Source: a virus
Taxonomy: Duplodnaviria > Heunggongvirae > Uroviricota > Caudoviricetes
Strand: one strand, 5' to 3'
Length of the DNA: 35,147 bases
Virus record (IMG/VR): IMGVR_UViG_2802429245_000015
The notes below the pieces were generated by a model, which worked only from the letters and a program-made list of their open reading frames with translations, had not been told where the DNA came from and did not search any database. Shown here in pieces: positions 9,644 to 19,337 of the stretch. A program made the translations under genes and the position numbers. Positions within the stretch are counted from its first letter, which is position 1. Every line of letters starts with the position of its first letter.

Positions 9644-10917
9644 CAGTCGGTAATCTCCACAGGTTGCGTTGGCAGTATGAATGACGGATGGCGCAGGCGG
9701 TTACGCTGCACGATTTCATCCCGTCGGCTGGTGTCACCATGCTCGCGCCATGCCAGCAATGCGGCAGATGTGGTTGTGGTCAGCGTCACCTGCCGGGTTT
9801 CCGGCAGACGGGCGGCACGCTCGCGGGCATCCGTAATCACGGCCTGCCGTAAATCGCGCAGCGTTCGCCACAATGCCCGCTGGTTATTTTCCACCGCCGC
9901 CACCGCCTGCTCATGCAGTTCAGCCGCCAGCGTGTCACCGGCAGATAATGCCGCATCACTGGTATCGAACGTCATCGAGGCCACGGCATTTGCCTGTCCC
10001 AGCAGGGTTTCCAGCACAACCACCTGGCGGAAGTCGTCAATGTTCTTCTGCAGGCTGTCAGATACCGGCTGATAATCCGGTGACAGCCCGATAGCAAAGC
10101 CTATTTCACCGTCTGCCACGCTGCCGGGCTTCACGGTGATATCTTCCGGCAGTGCGCCGGTGGCAACCTGTCGGGCACGTTCTCCGGCCCACTGGTTGCG
10201 TAATGTCGTGTAAACCGCCAGTGCTTCGGGTGGTTCCGTCACCAGATCAACCACGCCGTCGATGAACGAGGACAGCTCACTGACCAGACGCCCCGGTGTG
10301 GCAATGATGGTTCCGGCCATCTCCTTAAAATGGTTCAGCCTGTCCATCCACTGATTCAGTGCTGCCGGTAACGTGGGCAGATTAGCCACAAGGTTCTCCA
10401 TATCAGCCAGAAAGCTGTCGGCCATCTCACCCAGCCCGTCGAGTGCGCCGAACCAGTCGCCATCGTCAATGGCGGCTTTCACCGCATCAATGCCCGTCAG
10501 CACTTCCTGCTGCGTGTTATCCGCCGCAGACGGGAACAGGCGCTCGCCTGCCTCAAACACTTCAAAGGTGACATACGCAATGCCATCTTCCTCCGTGCTG
10601 AGGCGATGGGTGACCTTGCCAACCTGTACGGTCTGTATCCCGAACCACGGGTGGATAAGCTCGCCGGGGCCTGGGGTATTGAGCGCGTCTAAAAGGGCGT
10701 TTAAATCATCCTGGAAGTTTTTACCCAGCAGCTTTGCGTTAATCTGCTGTTGCCCCGGAACGGCCCCGTTATCATCCGTCCAGGCGGTTTCGCGCCGGGG
10801 ATACGCACGGGGAATAGCCCTGCGGCCACCGGTGCCTTCCGTATCCACCAGAAAGAAGGGGACACCGCGAAACGAGGCGTCGCGCAGCCCGTCCCATTTG
10901 CCTTTGCTTGTTGTCAT
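9643..10917 (-). CDS. DNA circularisation protein (Mu P-like)
   Basis: 424 aa immediately after the tape measure gene. Confidence 0.55.
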   Translation of the reverse strand: MTTSKGKWDGLRDASFRGVPFFLVDTEGTGGRRAIPRAYPRRETAWTDDNGAVPGQQQINAKLLGKNFQDDLNALLDALNTPGPGELIHPWFGIQTVQVGKVTHRLSTEEDGIAYVTFEVFEAGERLFPSAADNTQQEVLTGIDAVKAAIDDGDWFGALDGLGEMADSFLADMENLVANLPTLPAALNQWMDRLNHFKEMAGTIIATPGRLVSELSSFIDGVVDLVTEPPEALAVYTTLRNQWAGERARQVATGALPEDITVKPGSVADGEIGFAIGLSPDYQPVSDSLQKNIDDFRQVVVLETLLGQANAVASMTFDTSDAALSAGDTLAAELHEQAVAAVENNQRALWRTLRDLRQAVITDARERAARLPETRQVTLTTTTSAALLAWREHGDTSRRDEIVQRNRLRHPSFILPTQPVEITD

Positions 10918-12788
10918 TACCCTTGCTCCACGCTGGTGACGCCAGCCTGCGCACTGAGTCTGACGCCGGGTTGATCCACTCTGACGCTTTTCACGCGGGC
11001 GTCACCTTCCACCACCACACGGATTTCCCCCTGCAATTGTTGCGGAAGAAAAGGATAATTCTGTGTGGGTTGCATACCTGCCCACGGTCGCGGGTCGGCA
11101 ATGTTCTTGTCACCCAGCGAGTTGAACCAGTCCGTTACCTTACGCCAGACGGACTCGAGCGCTTTCTGATTGTCCTGACTCTGTTGCGCGAACTCGCGCT
11201 CCCACGGGCTGGCGTCGGTGGCACCGGCAACGGATTTTGTAAGGCTGTCAACTTCACCCGGCAGGGCGTATTGCGTGGTCAGAAAATCGTAAAACTCCAG
11301 AGCACCGGCAATGATGCCAGCGCCTTTACCTGCCTTTCCTCCACGGTTACCCGGCCCCCGAGGATTGCGGGGGTTACGGGGATTGCGCGATGAATCCGGC
11401 GCATCCGACAGACCGCCGGTATTACCCATCCCGCCACTGCCCATATTAACCACATACACCGGCATCACGCCGGAGCCGAAAACATCCGTGATGCCGCCGG
11501 GTATCCCTTTGCCTTTCCCTTTGGGATTCATGATGTCGTGGATGGTTTTACCGAACTGGTACGTCTTTCTGATGGCGATAATGCCGCCCAGCGCGATCGC
11601 CATATACTTACCGACCTGTAACCAGGTCTGGACGGTGTTCTGGTCCACGCTGTTAATGGCATCAGCCAGTTCCTGAACGGGTTTTGCCAGCTGGTTGTGG
11701 GAGAATTTTTTCCAGCTGGTTTCCAGTGCCTGCATGGCGGACGTAAAATCCTGTGCAGCATACGCGGCATCTTTCATGATGCCTTTACCATCACCGACGA
11801 CTTTCATATAACGTTGCAGGTTTTCTGCACCTTTGCCTGACGTTACGCTGCTTAAAAGCATGACTGAATCCTGGTTAAAACCGGCTTCAATCAGCCTTTT
11901 ATTTTGTTCTTCTGCGCCCCGGTTCCCTGATTTTCTGGCAATCTCCTGAAGCAATAGTGGAAGCGAGCGCATCCGGCCATCTTTCCCGTAAACATCAATG
12001 CCATTTGTCCGCAATGTTTTTACAACCTTAGGAAGCTGTAAATCACGGATCAGGTTTTCAACAGCGGTTGCGGCGGTATCACGGTTCCCTGTGGCATCAA
12101 CGGCAGATTCAAGTGCAACCCCTACGTCCTTGACACCCTGCACACCACGTCCGCCCGCAGCGGAATACAGCGACATCGCACGGGTTGCTTTTTCTGCGAT
12201 GTCTTTCAGTTCATAGGCACCTTCTTTTCCCAGCAGGTTCAGGGTATCCATTGCCTTTAAGGCTTCGTTTTCATCCCTGATGCCGAACTTCGTAAACTGA
12301 GAAAACAGCGAGCCGATGGATTCGCCTGAACTTCCGGAAGCGGCAATAGATGCCGCCATCATTTCTTTGTTTTTAACACCAAAATCAATCTCACCCGTCA
12401 CGGTGCCGACTTTTTCCACTGCGCTTATCAGTTCACTGTCATCAACCTTAAATTTGATGGCGGCATCCTGAATACCATTCAGCATCTGTGCCATTTCGTC
12501 GCGCGTCTTTTCTGCGGCAATACCAATACGGGTCATCCGGCGATCCACCTGCGCAAACTCACGCATCATGGCGCTACCCGCAAAACCGGCAATCATCGCC
12601 GTGTAGCGGTTACCCAGCGTGTCAAGGCCACGCGTGGCAGCCTCCGTTGTGGCTTTGACAAGGCGCATGGCCTTCTGATGATTCCGGGCGAACTGCGACA
12701 TATTTGCGCCGTACTGCCGGGCTTTGGCGGTCAGGTTCCCGGCAAGGTTGATCATGATTTCCGTGCTGAGACGGTTACCTGTTGCCAT
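10917..12788 (-). CDS. tail tape measure protein
   Basis: 623 aa, Ala/Gly-rich, hydrophobic segment (AIALGGIIAI), Gly/Pro-rich low-complexity stretch; lies between the tail chaperone and baseplate genes. Confidence 0.7.
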   Translation of the reverse strand: MATGNRLSTEIMINLAGNLTAKARQYGANMSQFARNHQKAMRLVKATTEAATRGLDTLGNRYTAMIAGFAGSAMMREFAQVDRRMTRIGIAAEKTRDEMAQMLNGIQDAAIKFKVDDSELISAVEKVGTVTGEIDFGVKNKEMMAASIAASGSSGESIGSLFSQFTKFGIRDENEALKAMDTLNLLGKEGAYELKDIAEKATRAMSLYSAAGGRGVQGVKDVGVALESAVDATGNRDTAATAVENLIRDLQLPKVVKTLRTNGIDVYGKDGRMRSLPLLLQEIARKSGNRGAEEQNKRLIEAGFNQDSVMLLSSVTSGKGAENLQRYMKVVGDGKGIMKDAAYAAQDFTSAMQALETSWKKFSHNQLAKPVQELADAINSVDQNTVQTWLQVGKYMAIALGGIIAIRKTYQFGKTIHDIMNPKGKGKGIPGGITDVFGSGVMPVYVVNMGSGGMGNTGGLSDAPDSSRNPRNPRNPRGPGNRGGKAGKGAGIIAGALEFYDFLTTQYALPGEVDSLTKSVAGATDASPWEREFAQQSQDNQKALESVWRKVTDWFNSLGDKNIADPRPWAGMQPTQNYPFLPQQLQGEIRVVVEGDARVKSVRVDQPGVRLSAQAGVTSVEQG

Positions 12789-12874
12789 GCTGTTTCTCCA
12801 GTTGCTTTATCAGGCGGAACAGCTGCCGCAGGGGCAGCTGTTCCAGGTACTGAATGCTGAATCGCTGAGACAGG

Positions 12875-13270
12875 TTAACCAGCAGGTTCATCAGTGCCGC
12901 CGCCAGCGGCATCAGTTCGCCCCCGCGTTGCCACCTCCTCAAGCATTTCATCCAGCGCAGCGGCTTTCGTGCTGATAAGCTCAAGGTCTGCCGGGTGGAG
13001 CATTCGCAACTGTTTCATGTCCAGCGGGCCGGGAATGCTGCCGATGGCCGCAACCTGACGGCGCATCATCTCCAGCCCCATCAGCACTTCAGAGCAGTAG
13101 GCCACTGCCTTTCCGTTCCCGCCCATGACGACGCGTTCTGCGGCCAGTTGCGCATCAATCACATCACTGGCAGTCAGTTCGCGCAGCTTCACGGTTTTAT
13201 GCAGGGTTTCATCTGCCGTGCCTTTGCCGGTCAGAAGCCCGTGTTTCAGTTCAAATTCCATTTCAGCCAT
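12875..13270 (-). CDS. tail assembly chaperone (Mu Y-like position)
   Basis: 131-aa acidic protein between tube and tape measure; a +1-frame ORF (12775-12984) overlaps its 3' end. Confidence 0.5.
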   Translation of the reverse strand: MAEMEFELKHGLLTGKGTADETLHKTVKLRELTASDVIDAQLAAERVVMGGNGKAVAYCSEVLMGLEMMRRQVAAIGSIPGPLDMKQLRMLHPADLELISTKAAALDEMLEEVATRGRTDAAGGGTDEPAG

Positions 13271-13271
13271 G

Positions 13272-13628
13272 TCACACCTTCACGCATTTTTCACCGATAA
13301 AGTTCGCACTGATGGTGCCGGAATCCTCGTCCAGCTCCGCCGGGTTATCCGTGGCTGAACCTGTCATCATGTAGTTCAGGCCGTTGTCGCCGTAGAACAT
13401 CACCGTGACGTCTTCCCAGCTGCTGATTTCAATCACGTCCATATCCGCTGCCGCTGCAATGGTCACCTTGATGGACGGCGAGGCCATCTTGCTGGAGATA
13501 CCCCAGACCTTGCCGCCGCCCATATGCTGGGTGCGGCTGAAGCCGCCCGGGTTCAGCGTGGATTTCCCCTCGGTTTTAATTTCGCGGCCATTCACGCGAA
13601 TGGTCGCCATGCCAAGAATTTTTGCCAT
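13272..13628 (-). CDS. tail tube protein (Mu M-like)
   Basis: 118 aa directly after the sheath gene. Confidence 0.65.
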   Translation of the reverse strand: MAKILGMATIRVNGREIKTEGKSTLNPGGFSRTQHMGGGKVWGISSKMASPSIKVTIAAAADMDVIEISSWEDVTVMFYGDNGLNYMMTGSATDNPAELDEDSGTISANFIGEKCVKV

Positions 13629-13637
13629 GTGGTCCCC

Positions 13638-15113
13638 TTAAAGCTTGAACTGAATCAGGCCTGCCAGCACACGCATCTGGTTCACCAGATTCGGGTGACA
13701 GATAAAGTTCAGACGGTTTTTATCGCTGCTGTCGCGTGTCACCTGAAGCGTGTCCTTGTAATCGCTGAAGTTCTCCACAAGGCCCGCCGGGAGGAGTTCG
13801 GTCTGGCAGATATCCAGCAGCTCTGCGGTACACAGCTTCGGCGTCATCACCGGCTGCCCCGCATCCAGCGAGTCCAGCACGTCATCGTCCGCCAGCTTGT
13901 GGCGCGGATAACGGTTCGAGAAACGGTTTTTGATGATGTAACGGATACGGCCCAGCGTGGCGGGGGACTGCACATCAAGGTACGACACATCCGCATCACC
14001 GTACTGGTTAACCCGGTACATGGTGATTTCACGCTCGATGCAGACGTTATCCCCGGCGTCCACCATGTGCGTGGCAATGCCGTCATGCAGCAGCAGGTTA
14101 CGTTCCGGCATATCCCAGCGAACATTACGCGCAGGCGGCAGAATGCCGGTCAGAACCAGCGTCTGAAGCGGACGTGCCGGATCAATGGCGAGGTAATACG
14201 CTGCCGTTGCGCCGTATGACGCGGCCCACATCCACGCCGGGTGCGGTGACAGGTTGGTGCCGATACAGCTAATCAGCCAGTCATTGCGGGTTTCACCAAA
14301 CGTACCGGTTTCCCCGTGTGTGCCACGAAACGCCGTCCACAGCTGCGCCTCCATCATTTTGAGCGGCCCCCAGCGGTTCAGCAGTTCATCACGCAGGGTG
14401 TTCAGGCTTTGCGTGTCGGTGAACGGGGCGATGATATCGGTAAACCACTCCGGGCCGATGGCCGCAACGGCACCCGCCATTTCCGGTGTCCCGGTGCCGC
14501 CGGTAAACGCGGTGGCTGTCACCTTCACACCTGCCGGGAAGGCTTCTCCGGTGTAGTAGTTCAGGCGAACGTCGGCACCGTTGCCGGTGACGCCGTGCCA
14601 GTTCACGGTCAGCTCCACGGTATCCGTGGCATCATCCTTCACCGCAGCGGCCACCTGCGTGGCAGGCTTTTTCGTCACCGCATCAGCAATGGCTTTTGCA
14701 ATGTTTTCTTTCGTAGCCCCGGCGCTCACGCTCACCTGAACGGACACACCGTTAATCAGCAATGCCACCGTTCCGGCTTCAGTCGCTGTCCCCAGCACGG
14801 TCAGCGTGGCTTTTGCGGCAGCGCCTTCAGGCGCGGCAACCGGCATTGCCCAGGTTTCCGTGTACGTGTTGGCACGACGCAGCATTTTAAGCATTTCAGC
14901 CAGCATCGACCCTTTGCCATAAAGCTGGTCTGCCTGGCTGTCACTGGTGATGCGGGTCAGTGACAGGGCGTCTGCGCTGCCGGACGATACCGCATGGCCC
15001 ATGACCAGAATTTTTCGGCTTTGCGCGGATGCACCATCCAGCGCCTGTGAATTGTCGATATCGATCCAGACAAGCGGGACGCGGATATCATCAGGAATTG
15101 AACCCAGCGACAT
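13638..15113 (-). CDS. contractile tail sheath protein (Mu L-like)
   Basis: 491 aa; size and position. Confidence 0.75.
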   Translation of the reverse strand: MSLGSIPDDIRVPLVWIDIDNSQALDGASAQSRKILVMGHAVSSGSADALSLTRITSDSQADQLYGKGSMLAEMLKMLRRANTYTETWAMPVAAPEGAAAKATLTVLGTATEAGTVALLINGVSVQVSVSAGATKENIAKAIADAVTKKPATQVAAAVKDDATDTVELTVNWHGVTGNGADVRLNYYTGEAFPAGVKVTATAFTGGTGTPEMAGAVAAIGPEWFTDIIAPFTDTQSLNTLRDELLNRWGPLKMMEAQLWTAFRGTHGETGTFGETRNDWLISCIGTNLSPHPAWMWAASYGATAAYYLAIDPARPLQTLVLTGILPPARNVRWDMPERNLLLHDGIATHMVDAGDNVCIEREITMYRVNQYGDADVSYLDVQSPATLGRIRYIIKNRFSNRYPRHKLADDDVLDSLDAGQPVMTPKLCTAELLDICQTELLPAGLVENFSDYKDTLQVTRDSSDKNRLNFICHPNLVNQMRVLAGLIQFKL

Positions 15114-15313
15114 TATTTTTTCCCTCTGGTTTTGTTGCTATTTTTCGGAAGCGCGGTTATTTCCACATCTCCCTCGGCTTCACGGCGCAGCCAGTAAGCG
15201 CAGACGTCGAGACGTTCCCCTTCCGGGGATAAATGCGCGCCATCCGGTTTACGGACACGAACGTTTTCCCGCGCTGGCTTAATCAGTTTCTGTTCCATCG
15301 TCACCCCGTACAT
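15113..15313 (-). CDS. hypothetical small protein
   Basis: 66-aa ORF between the gp38-like gene and the sheath; basic C-terminus. Confidence 0.35.
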   Translation of the reverse strand: MYGVTMEQKLIKPARENVRVRKPDGAHLSPEGERLDVCAYWLRREAEGDVEITALPKNSNKTRGKK

Positions 15314-15890
15314 GGATCACGTCGTTAATTTCAGTGTGTTCGCCGCAGCGCAGCGTTGCCCCGAGGCGCAGGAAGTCCGGGAGCGCGGCGAGATCAATCT
15401 CTTCATCCAGCCGAAATTCCTGCTCCCACGTCACCGCCCACATGGTGACACCCAGCCCGTCGAGGCTGGCGGAGTAAATGTTGTCTGCCCGTACATCAGC
15501 AGCCAGGCGTTCAGCCCCCATGCCCGCTGTGGCATCCGACGACAGCAGACGTTTGATCACCTTTCCGGCCAGTACTTCACAGCGCACGTCGCGGGAATAC
15601 CCCCACGAATCCGTCGCCATGATGTAAGCCACCCAGGTAACCAGACCGGACAGCCCACCGCGCGGGTTGATATCCCGGACACGCAGGGCAGCTACCCGGA
15701 TACAGCCGGTGCGACCGGACATATAGCGTTTGACTTCCTCCGGGCTGTTAAACTGGCCGATGTGACGCTCCACCACATCAGCCCGGTCTGGGGTGTCCCC
15801 CTGAAGGGCCGTTTGCAGCCAGGCCACAATGCGCTCTGCGGCCGCAACGGTGCTCCCCGGTGTGCGCAGTTCAGGGCGTTGTTCTGTCAT
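15279..15890 (-). CDS. virion/tail protein (Mu gp38-like by position)
   Basis: 203-aa ORF in the head-tail joining block. Confidence 0.45.
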   Translation of the reverse strand: MTEQRPELRTPGSTVAAAERIVAWLQTALQGDTPDRADVVERHIGQFNSPEEVKRYMSGRTGCIRVAALRVRDINPRGGLSGLVTWVAYIMATDSWGYSRDVRCEVLAGKVIKRLLSSDATAGMGAERLAADVRADNIYSASLDGLGVTMWAVTWEQEFRLDEEIDLAALPDFLRLGATLRCGEHTEINDVIHVRGDDGTETD

Positions 15891-16432
15891 GGCAGAACCT
15901 CCTTCCAGAAATGACTGATAACCTGTTGCAGCTCCTGCTGATTGGCAGAAGACAGCCCCAGAAATTCACGTTGCGGAATGTTCATCATGCGGTTATGTGC
16001 GCCGACGGTCTGCCAGACCGGATATTTCAGCGCCCGCCCGAAACACTGCGAGATAAGCCGTTTGTGGGCTCTGACCGGCACACTGCCGGAAAAGCCGTCA
16101 TTCATGATGCGGGCATAATCCAGCGGTGAACCGATACGCACCACGCGGTTTTCCACGATGTACTGGATACTCTCCAGCAGATGGCCTTCACCGCGCAGCA
16201 GACTCTGGTTGCCGTGGCGGGTCTTTTTGTACCCGTCAGACCAGTCTGGCCAGCGTTCGCCACCCGGACTGGTTTTCTCATCGATGATGCGGCGGCGGGT
16301 CTGTGATTCCACCACCGCACCGATGCTCTCCAGCAGCTCTGCCTGCAATGAACCATCTGCCAGCTTTTCAACGGCGCGGCGGATATCCTCCAGACGCTGG
16401 TCACCGCTGACCTGTACAGAAATCCCCATCAC
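15887..16432 (-). CDS. virion morphogenesis protein (Mu gp37-like by position)
   Basis: 181-aa ORF, overlapping stop/start with neighbours. Confidence 0.45.
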   Translation of the reverse strand: MMGISVQVSGDQRLEDIRRAVEKLADGSLQAELLESIGAVVESQTRRRIIDEKTSPGGERWPDWSDGYKKTRHGNQSLLRGEGHLLESIQYIVENRVVRIGSPLDYARIMNDGFSGSVPVRAHKRLISQCFGRALKYPVWQTVGAHNRMMNIPQREFLGLSSANQQELQQVISHFWKEVLP

Positions 16433-16866
16433 AGCACCCCTTTCAGGTTGTTACGGGTGAACAGCCGGGCATTGGCACCCACTACAATGATCTTCCCGTG
16501 GTCGGTTTCTGCCGGGGTGGCATACGTCGGCAGCCCCAGGTCACGGGTGCCGTTCGCCATCTCACGCAGGGTTTTAATGGCGTCATCGTAGCGTTTCTGG
16601 ATCAGCTCCGTGATTTGATTGTCACGCTCTGACAACCAGTAAAACGCCAGCGATACCGCCACGCGTTGCAGCGGGCGCGGGATTTCCGTCACTCCCAGCG
16701 GCAGCTGGTAGCGGCGGGACAGAAACGAATCAATTTCCGCTTCGGCATCACTGATGGCCTGACGGATTTTGTCTTCATCCAGTTCGTTGGTTTCCCGGTT
16801 AATCGCCATGTTCCAGACAAGATTGCCGTCCGCGCGTAACAGGTCTTCCTGCGTGATATACCCCAT
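16429..16866 (-). CDS. head-tail connector-type protein (Mu gp36-like by position)
   Basis: 145-aa ORF. Confidence 0.45.
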   Translation of the reverse strand: MGYITQEDLLRADGNLVWNMAINRETNELDEDKIRQAISDAEAEIDSFLSRRYQLPLGVTEIPRPLQRVAVSLAFYWLSERDNQITELIQKRYDDAIKTLREMANGTRDLGLPTYATPAETDHGKIIVVGANARLFTRNNLKGVL

Positions 16867-17177
16867 CAGCCTTTCTCCGCTTCCCGGACAATCAGATTCG
16901 GCTCTGCCATCAGGCGGGTGGCAACCGCAGCGGTCACCGCCACATCCTCACCAGCATGTGACCAGAAACGGCCACAGCGCCAGAACCCGTTTTCAGACAC
17001 GGCCCGGACGTTCAGCCGGACAGGGGCGTCACCCTGTACAGTAACCGGGTCTTCAGCCGGACGTGGTTCATTCGCCTGACCGTCAGCCACAATAACGTCT
17101 GCCAGCGGTGCCGGGTTTTCCTGTGCTGCGCTGTTCTTTGCGGCTTTCGCGCCTTTGGTTCCTGCTTTTTCACTCAT
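16866..17177 (-). CDS. hypothetical protein, first gene after the major head gene
   Basis: 103-aa ORF, Ala/Pro-rich N-terminus; ATG at 17175-17177. Confidence 0.45.
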   Translation of the reverse strand: MSEKAGTKGAKAAKNSAAQENPAPLADVIVADGQANEPRPAEDPVTVQGDAPVRLNVRAVSENGFWRCGRFWSHAGEDVAVTAAVATRLMAEPNLIVREAEKG

Positions 17178-17181
17178 GACT

Positions 17182-17231
17182 CTGCCTTTTAAAAGGCAGT
17201 TAAAAGGGCATTCACAGCGCCTTTTAACTGC
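17182..17231 (-). other. stem-loop between the major head gene and the next gene
   Basis: Perfect 18-bp palindrome ctgccttttaaaaggcag (17182-17199) overlapping a hairpin with 12-bp arms gcagttaaaagg (17196-17207) / ccttttaactgc (17220-17231). Confidence 0.4.
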
Positions 17232-17258
17232 GGGTTACAACAGATTACGGATGACGGG

Positions 17259-18161
17259 TTATGCCGGGGTGGTGATGAACGGACTGACCACGATGTCCAC
17301 ATCCTTGTACCAGATGTTGGAATCGCCGCCGTTAACCAGCATGGCGTCAATGATGCGCTTCGCGGCTGCACGGTTTTTCGGCCCCACCACAAGGGTGGTC
17401 GGGCGGATGCCCAGCGGTTCACCGTTGGTGGTCTTCATACCCAGCAGCAGATTGCTGGCCTTCTCGTAGTTCTCCGCTGTCAGTGCCGCACGGGAACCGA
17501 CGGCGGTCTGCCAGAAGCCGAAGCCCGCATTGCAGCGACCGTCCACCCCGTAAAGGAACTCGTTATTCTTGAAGGTGTGCTCGCTGTTCAGATCATCCAG
17601 GGCTTCAAACTTAAAGGCGCGTCGCGTCTGCCAGATGATGGGTTTCAGTACCTGAGAATCATCAATCAGAAACCACGGTTCCCCCTGGTCTGATGCCGGG
17701 GTGCCGACAACGTTGCTGTATGTGCCGTCGCCCAGCGGGTGGTCTTCATCAAAGAAGTTCTGACCGTCAAAACACAGGGTGTTAAACCCGGCACACAGCA
17801 GGGGGTAACACAGCTTGTCCGGGAACTCCGACGTCTGGCGGCCATAGCGTTCAGCGATAATGCTGTACTGACCAATCTGATCGTCTTCAATGTGTTCGCG
17901 TTTAACGCGGATCGAACTTTCCCAGGTTTTGTTCGCAAGGGTGTAACCATAACCGTCCAGCGTTGCCATCTGACGGGCGCTGACCCATTCCTTAATCTCC
18001 GGTAAATCTTTCATCCAGCCGTAGGTATTGGAGGCGGACGAACTCGGGATTTCAGAGGCGATGCGCTGCCACTGTGGGGTGACACCACTCAGCCCACGGG
18101 TATAAGCGGCGCTCAGACAGGTGGTCAGCGCGTGAAGGACTTCGGAAGTGACTGCTCCCAT
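17259..18161 (-). CDS. major head (capsid) protein (Mu T-like)
   Basis: 300 aa, directly after the I-like gene with a 1-nt start/stop overlap, followed by a stem-loop; size and position. Confidence 0.75.
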   Translation of the reverse strand: MGAVTSEVLHALTTCLSAAYTRGLSGVTPQWQRIASEIPSSSASNTYGWMKDLPEIKEWVSARQMATLDGYGYTLANKTWESSIRVKREHIEDDQIGQYSIIAERYGRQTSEFPDKLCYPLLCAGFNTLCFDGQNFFDEDHPLGDGTYSNVVGTPASDQGEPWFLIDDSQVLKPIIWQTRRAFKFEALDDLNSEHTFKNNEFLYGVDGRCNAGFGFWQTAVGSRAALTAENYEKASNLLLGMKTTNGEPLGIRPTTLVVGPKNRAAAKRIIDAMLVNGGDSNIWYKDVDIVVSPFITTPA

Positions 18162-19123
18162 CAGTTATTCTCCTGTTTAGGTTTAGCGGCGAGGAACTCT
18201 TCCCCGGTAATACCCATGCTGCGGCACATCGCCAGTTCGGCGTCGGTCAGTGTCTGCGCGGGTTTATCCTTGCCCTGGCTGGGCTTGTCGTTGTTCACCA
18301 GCGGCTGTGCACCTTTGGTGTACTCCGCAAACTGTTTGCGGCCTTCTTCCGTACGGCAGGTGGCAAGGAACATGTCACGGTTTGCCGGGGCCACTTTTCC
18401 GGCTTCGATGGCCGCATCCACAAGCGCTTCTGCTTCCTTCTCTTCCAGTTGCTGAAGGCGTTGTTCTGCGGTTTCGGCACGGTTCAGTGCCAGATTGTGG
18501 GTTTCCACCGGCACAAACTTCGTCAGATCAGGTGTCTGTGCGCGGTTCAGCGCCACCTGTTCGCTCTCCTGAAGTTGTTTAATGGCGGCCACGGTATCGT
18601 CCACCGTGGCAGATTCAGCCAGCCCAAGCAGGCCGGTGATTTGCACAGGTACTGTCATCGGGTTTTTCTCCGTATTCAGTGCAGGAAAATCCAGGTTAGG
18701 TTTGTTGGTCAGCCCGACGCTGGACAGGCGCGTCACCACACCGTCTGCGTCAAAGAAAAACGCCGGGCTGTAATAGCGGTAACGGCGTTCGCTCAGCATC
18801 CACCGGGCGTACTCGCTCCAGACAACACGGCCTTCAATGGTGCCGCTGTCCGTCACGCGCAGTTCTTCCACCCAGCCATACGCCGGGGCTTCATCACCGC
18901 GTTGCCCTTTAATTTCGGTGGCGTGTTCAATGTCCACCGGAATTTTGATGTCGGACGAACGGGTGACCACCTCATGCGGATTGCGGTTAATCCACGTCCG
19001 GCCATCGCGCCCGGTGAACTCACCCGCAGGGACGAGTTCAAGCCATTCCGGCAGTTGAGCAGGTGTCAGCTCAGGGATGGGTTCTGGCAGGGAAAAACAC
19101 AGCGCCAGCAGTTCCGGTTGCAT
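18161..19123 (-). CDS. head maturation protease/scaffold (Mu I-like)
   Basis: 320 aa with a coiled-coil, charged C-terminal half; position upstream of the capsid gene. Confidence 0.65.
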   Translation of the reverse strand: MQPELLALCFSLPEPIPELTPAQLPEWLELVPAGEFTGRDGRTWINRNPHEVVTRSSDIKIPVDIEHATEIKGQRGDEAPAYGWVEELRVTDSGTIEGRVVWSEYARWMLSERRYRYYSPAFFFDADGVVTRLSSVGLTNKPNLDFPALNTEKNPMTVPVQITGLLGLAESATVDDTVAAIKQLQESEQVALNRAQTPDLTKFVPVETHNLALNRAETAEQRLQQLEEKEAEALVDAAIEAGKVAPANRDMFLATCRTEEGRKQFAEYTKGAQPLVNNDKPSQGKDKPAQTLTDAELAMCRSMGITGEEFLAAKPKQENN

Positions 19124-19172
19124 GTCAGTCTCCGTCGTTTGGGGTTACCGACGGTCAGTATGCGGAAGGCAG

Positions 19173-19198
19173 AAAAAAAGCCGGATTTACCGGCTTCA
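19173..19198 (-). terminator. hairpin plus A/T-run element (intrinsic terminator and/or late-promoter motif), copy 1
   Basis: aaaaaaagccggatttaccggcttca, identical to 26894-26919. On the minus strand this reads gaagccggtaaatccggc followed by T7. Confidence 0.5.
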
Positions 19199-19337
19199 CT
19201 GAAAACGGGAAGAACACCCCCTTCAAAACCCCTTCAAAAACGCCACAGCATCTTCAAAAACGTCTGAGTGCACATTCACGCCATCAGAATAAAAAACGCG
19301 TTTCTGATGCGTTTCAGGGGGATTTACGGCGGGAGGG

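Noticed and set aside
11341-11400. Short tandem 9-bp repeat in the tape measure gene (encodes NPRNPRNPR)
   Set aside because: Only three imperfect units inside a coding low-complexity stretch; likely codon-level repetition with no separate function.
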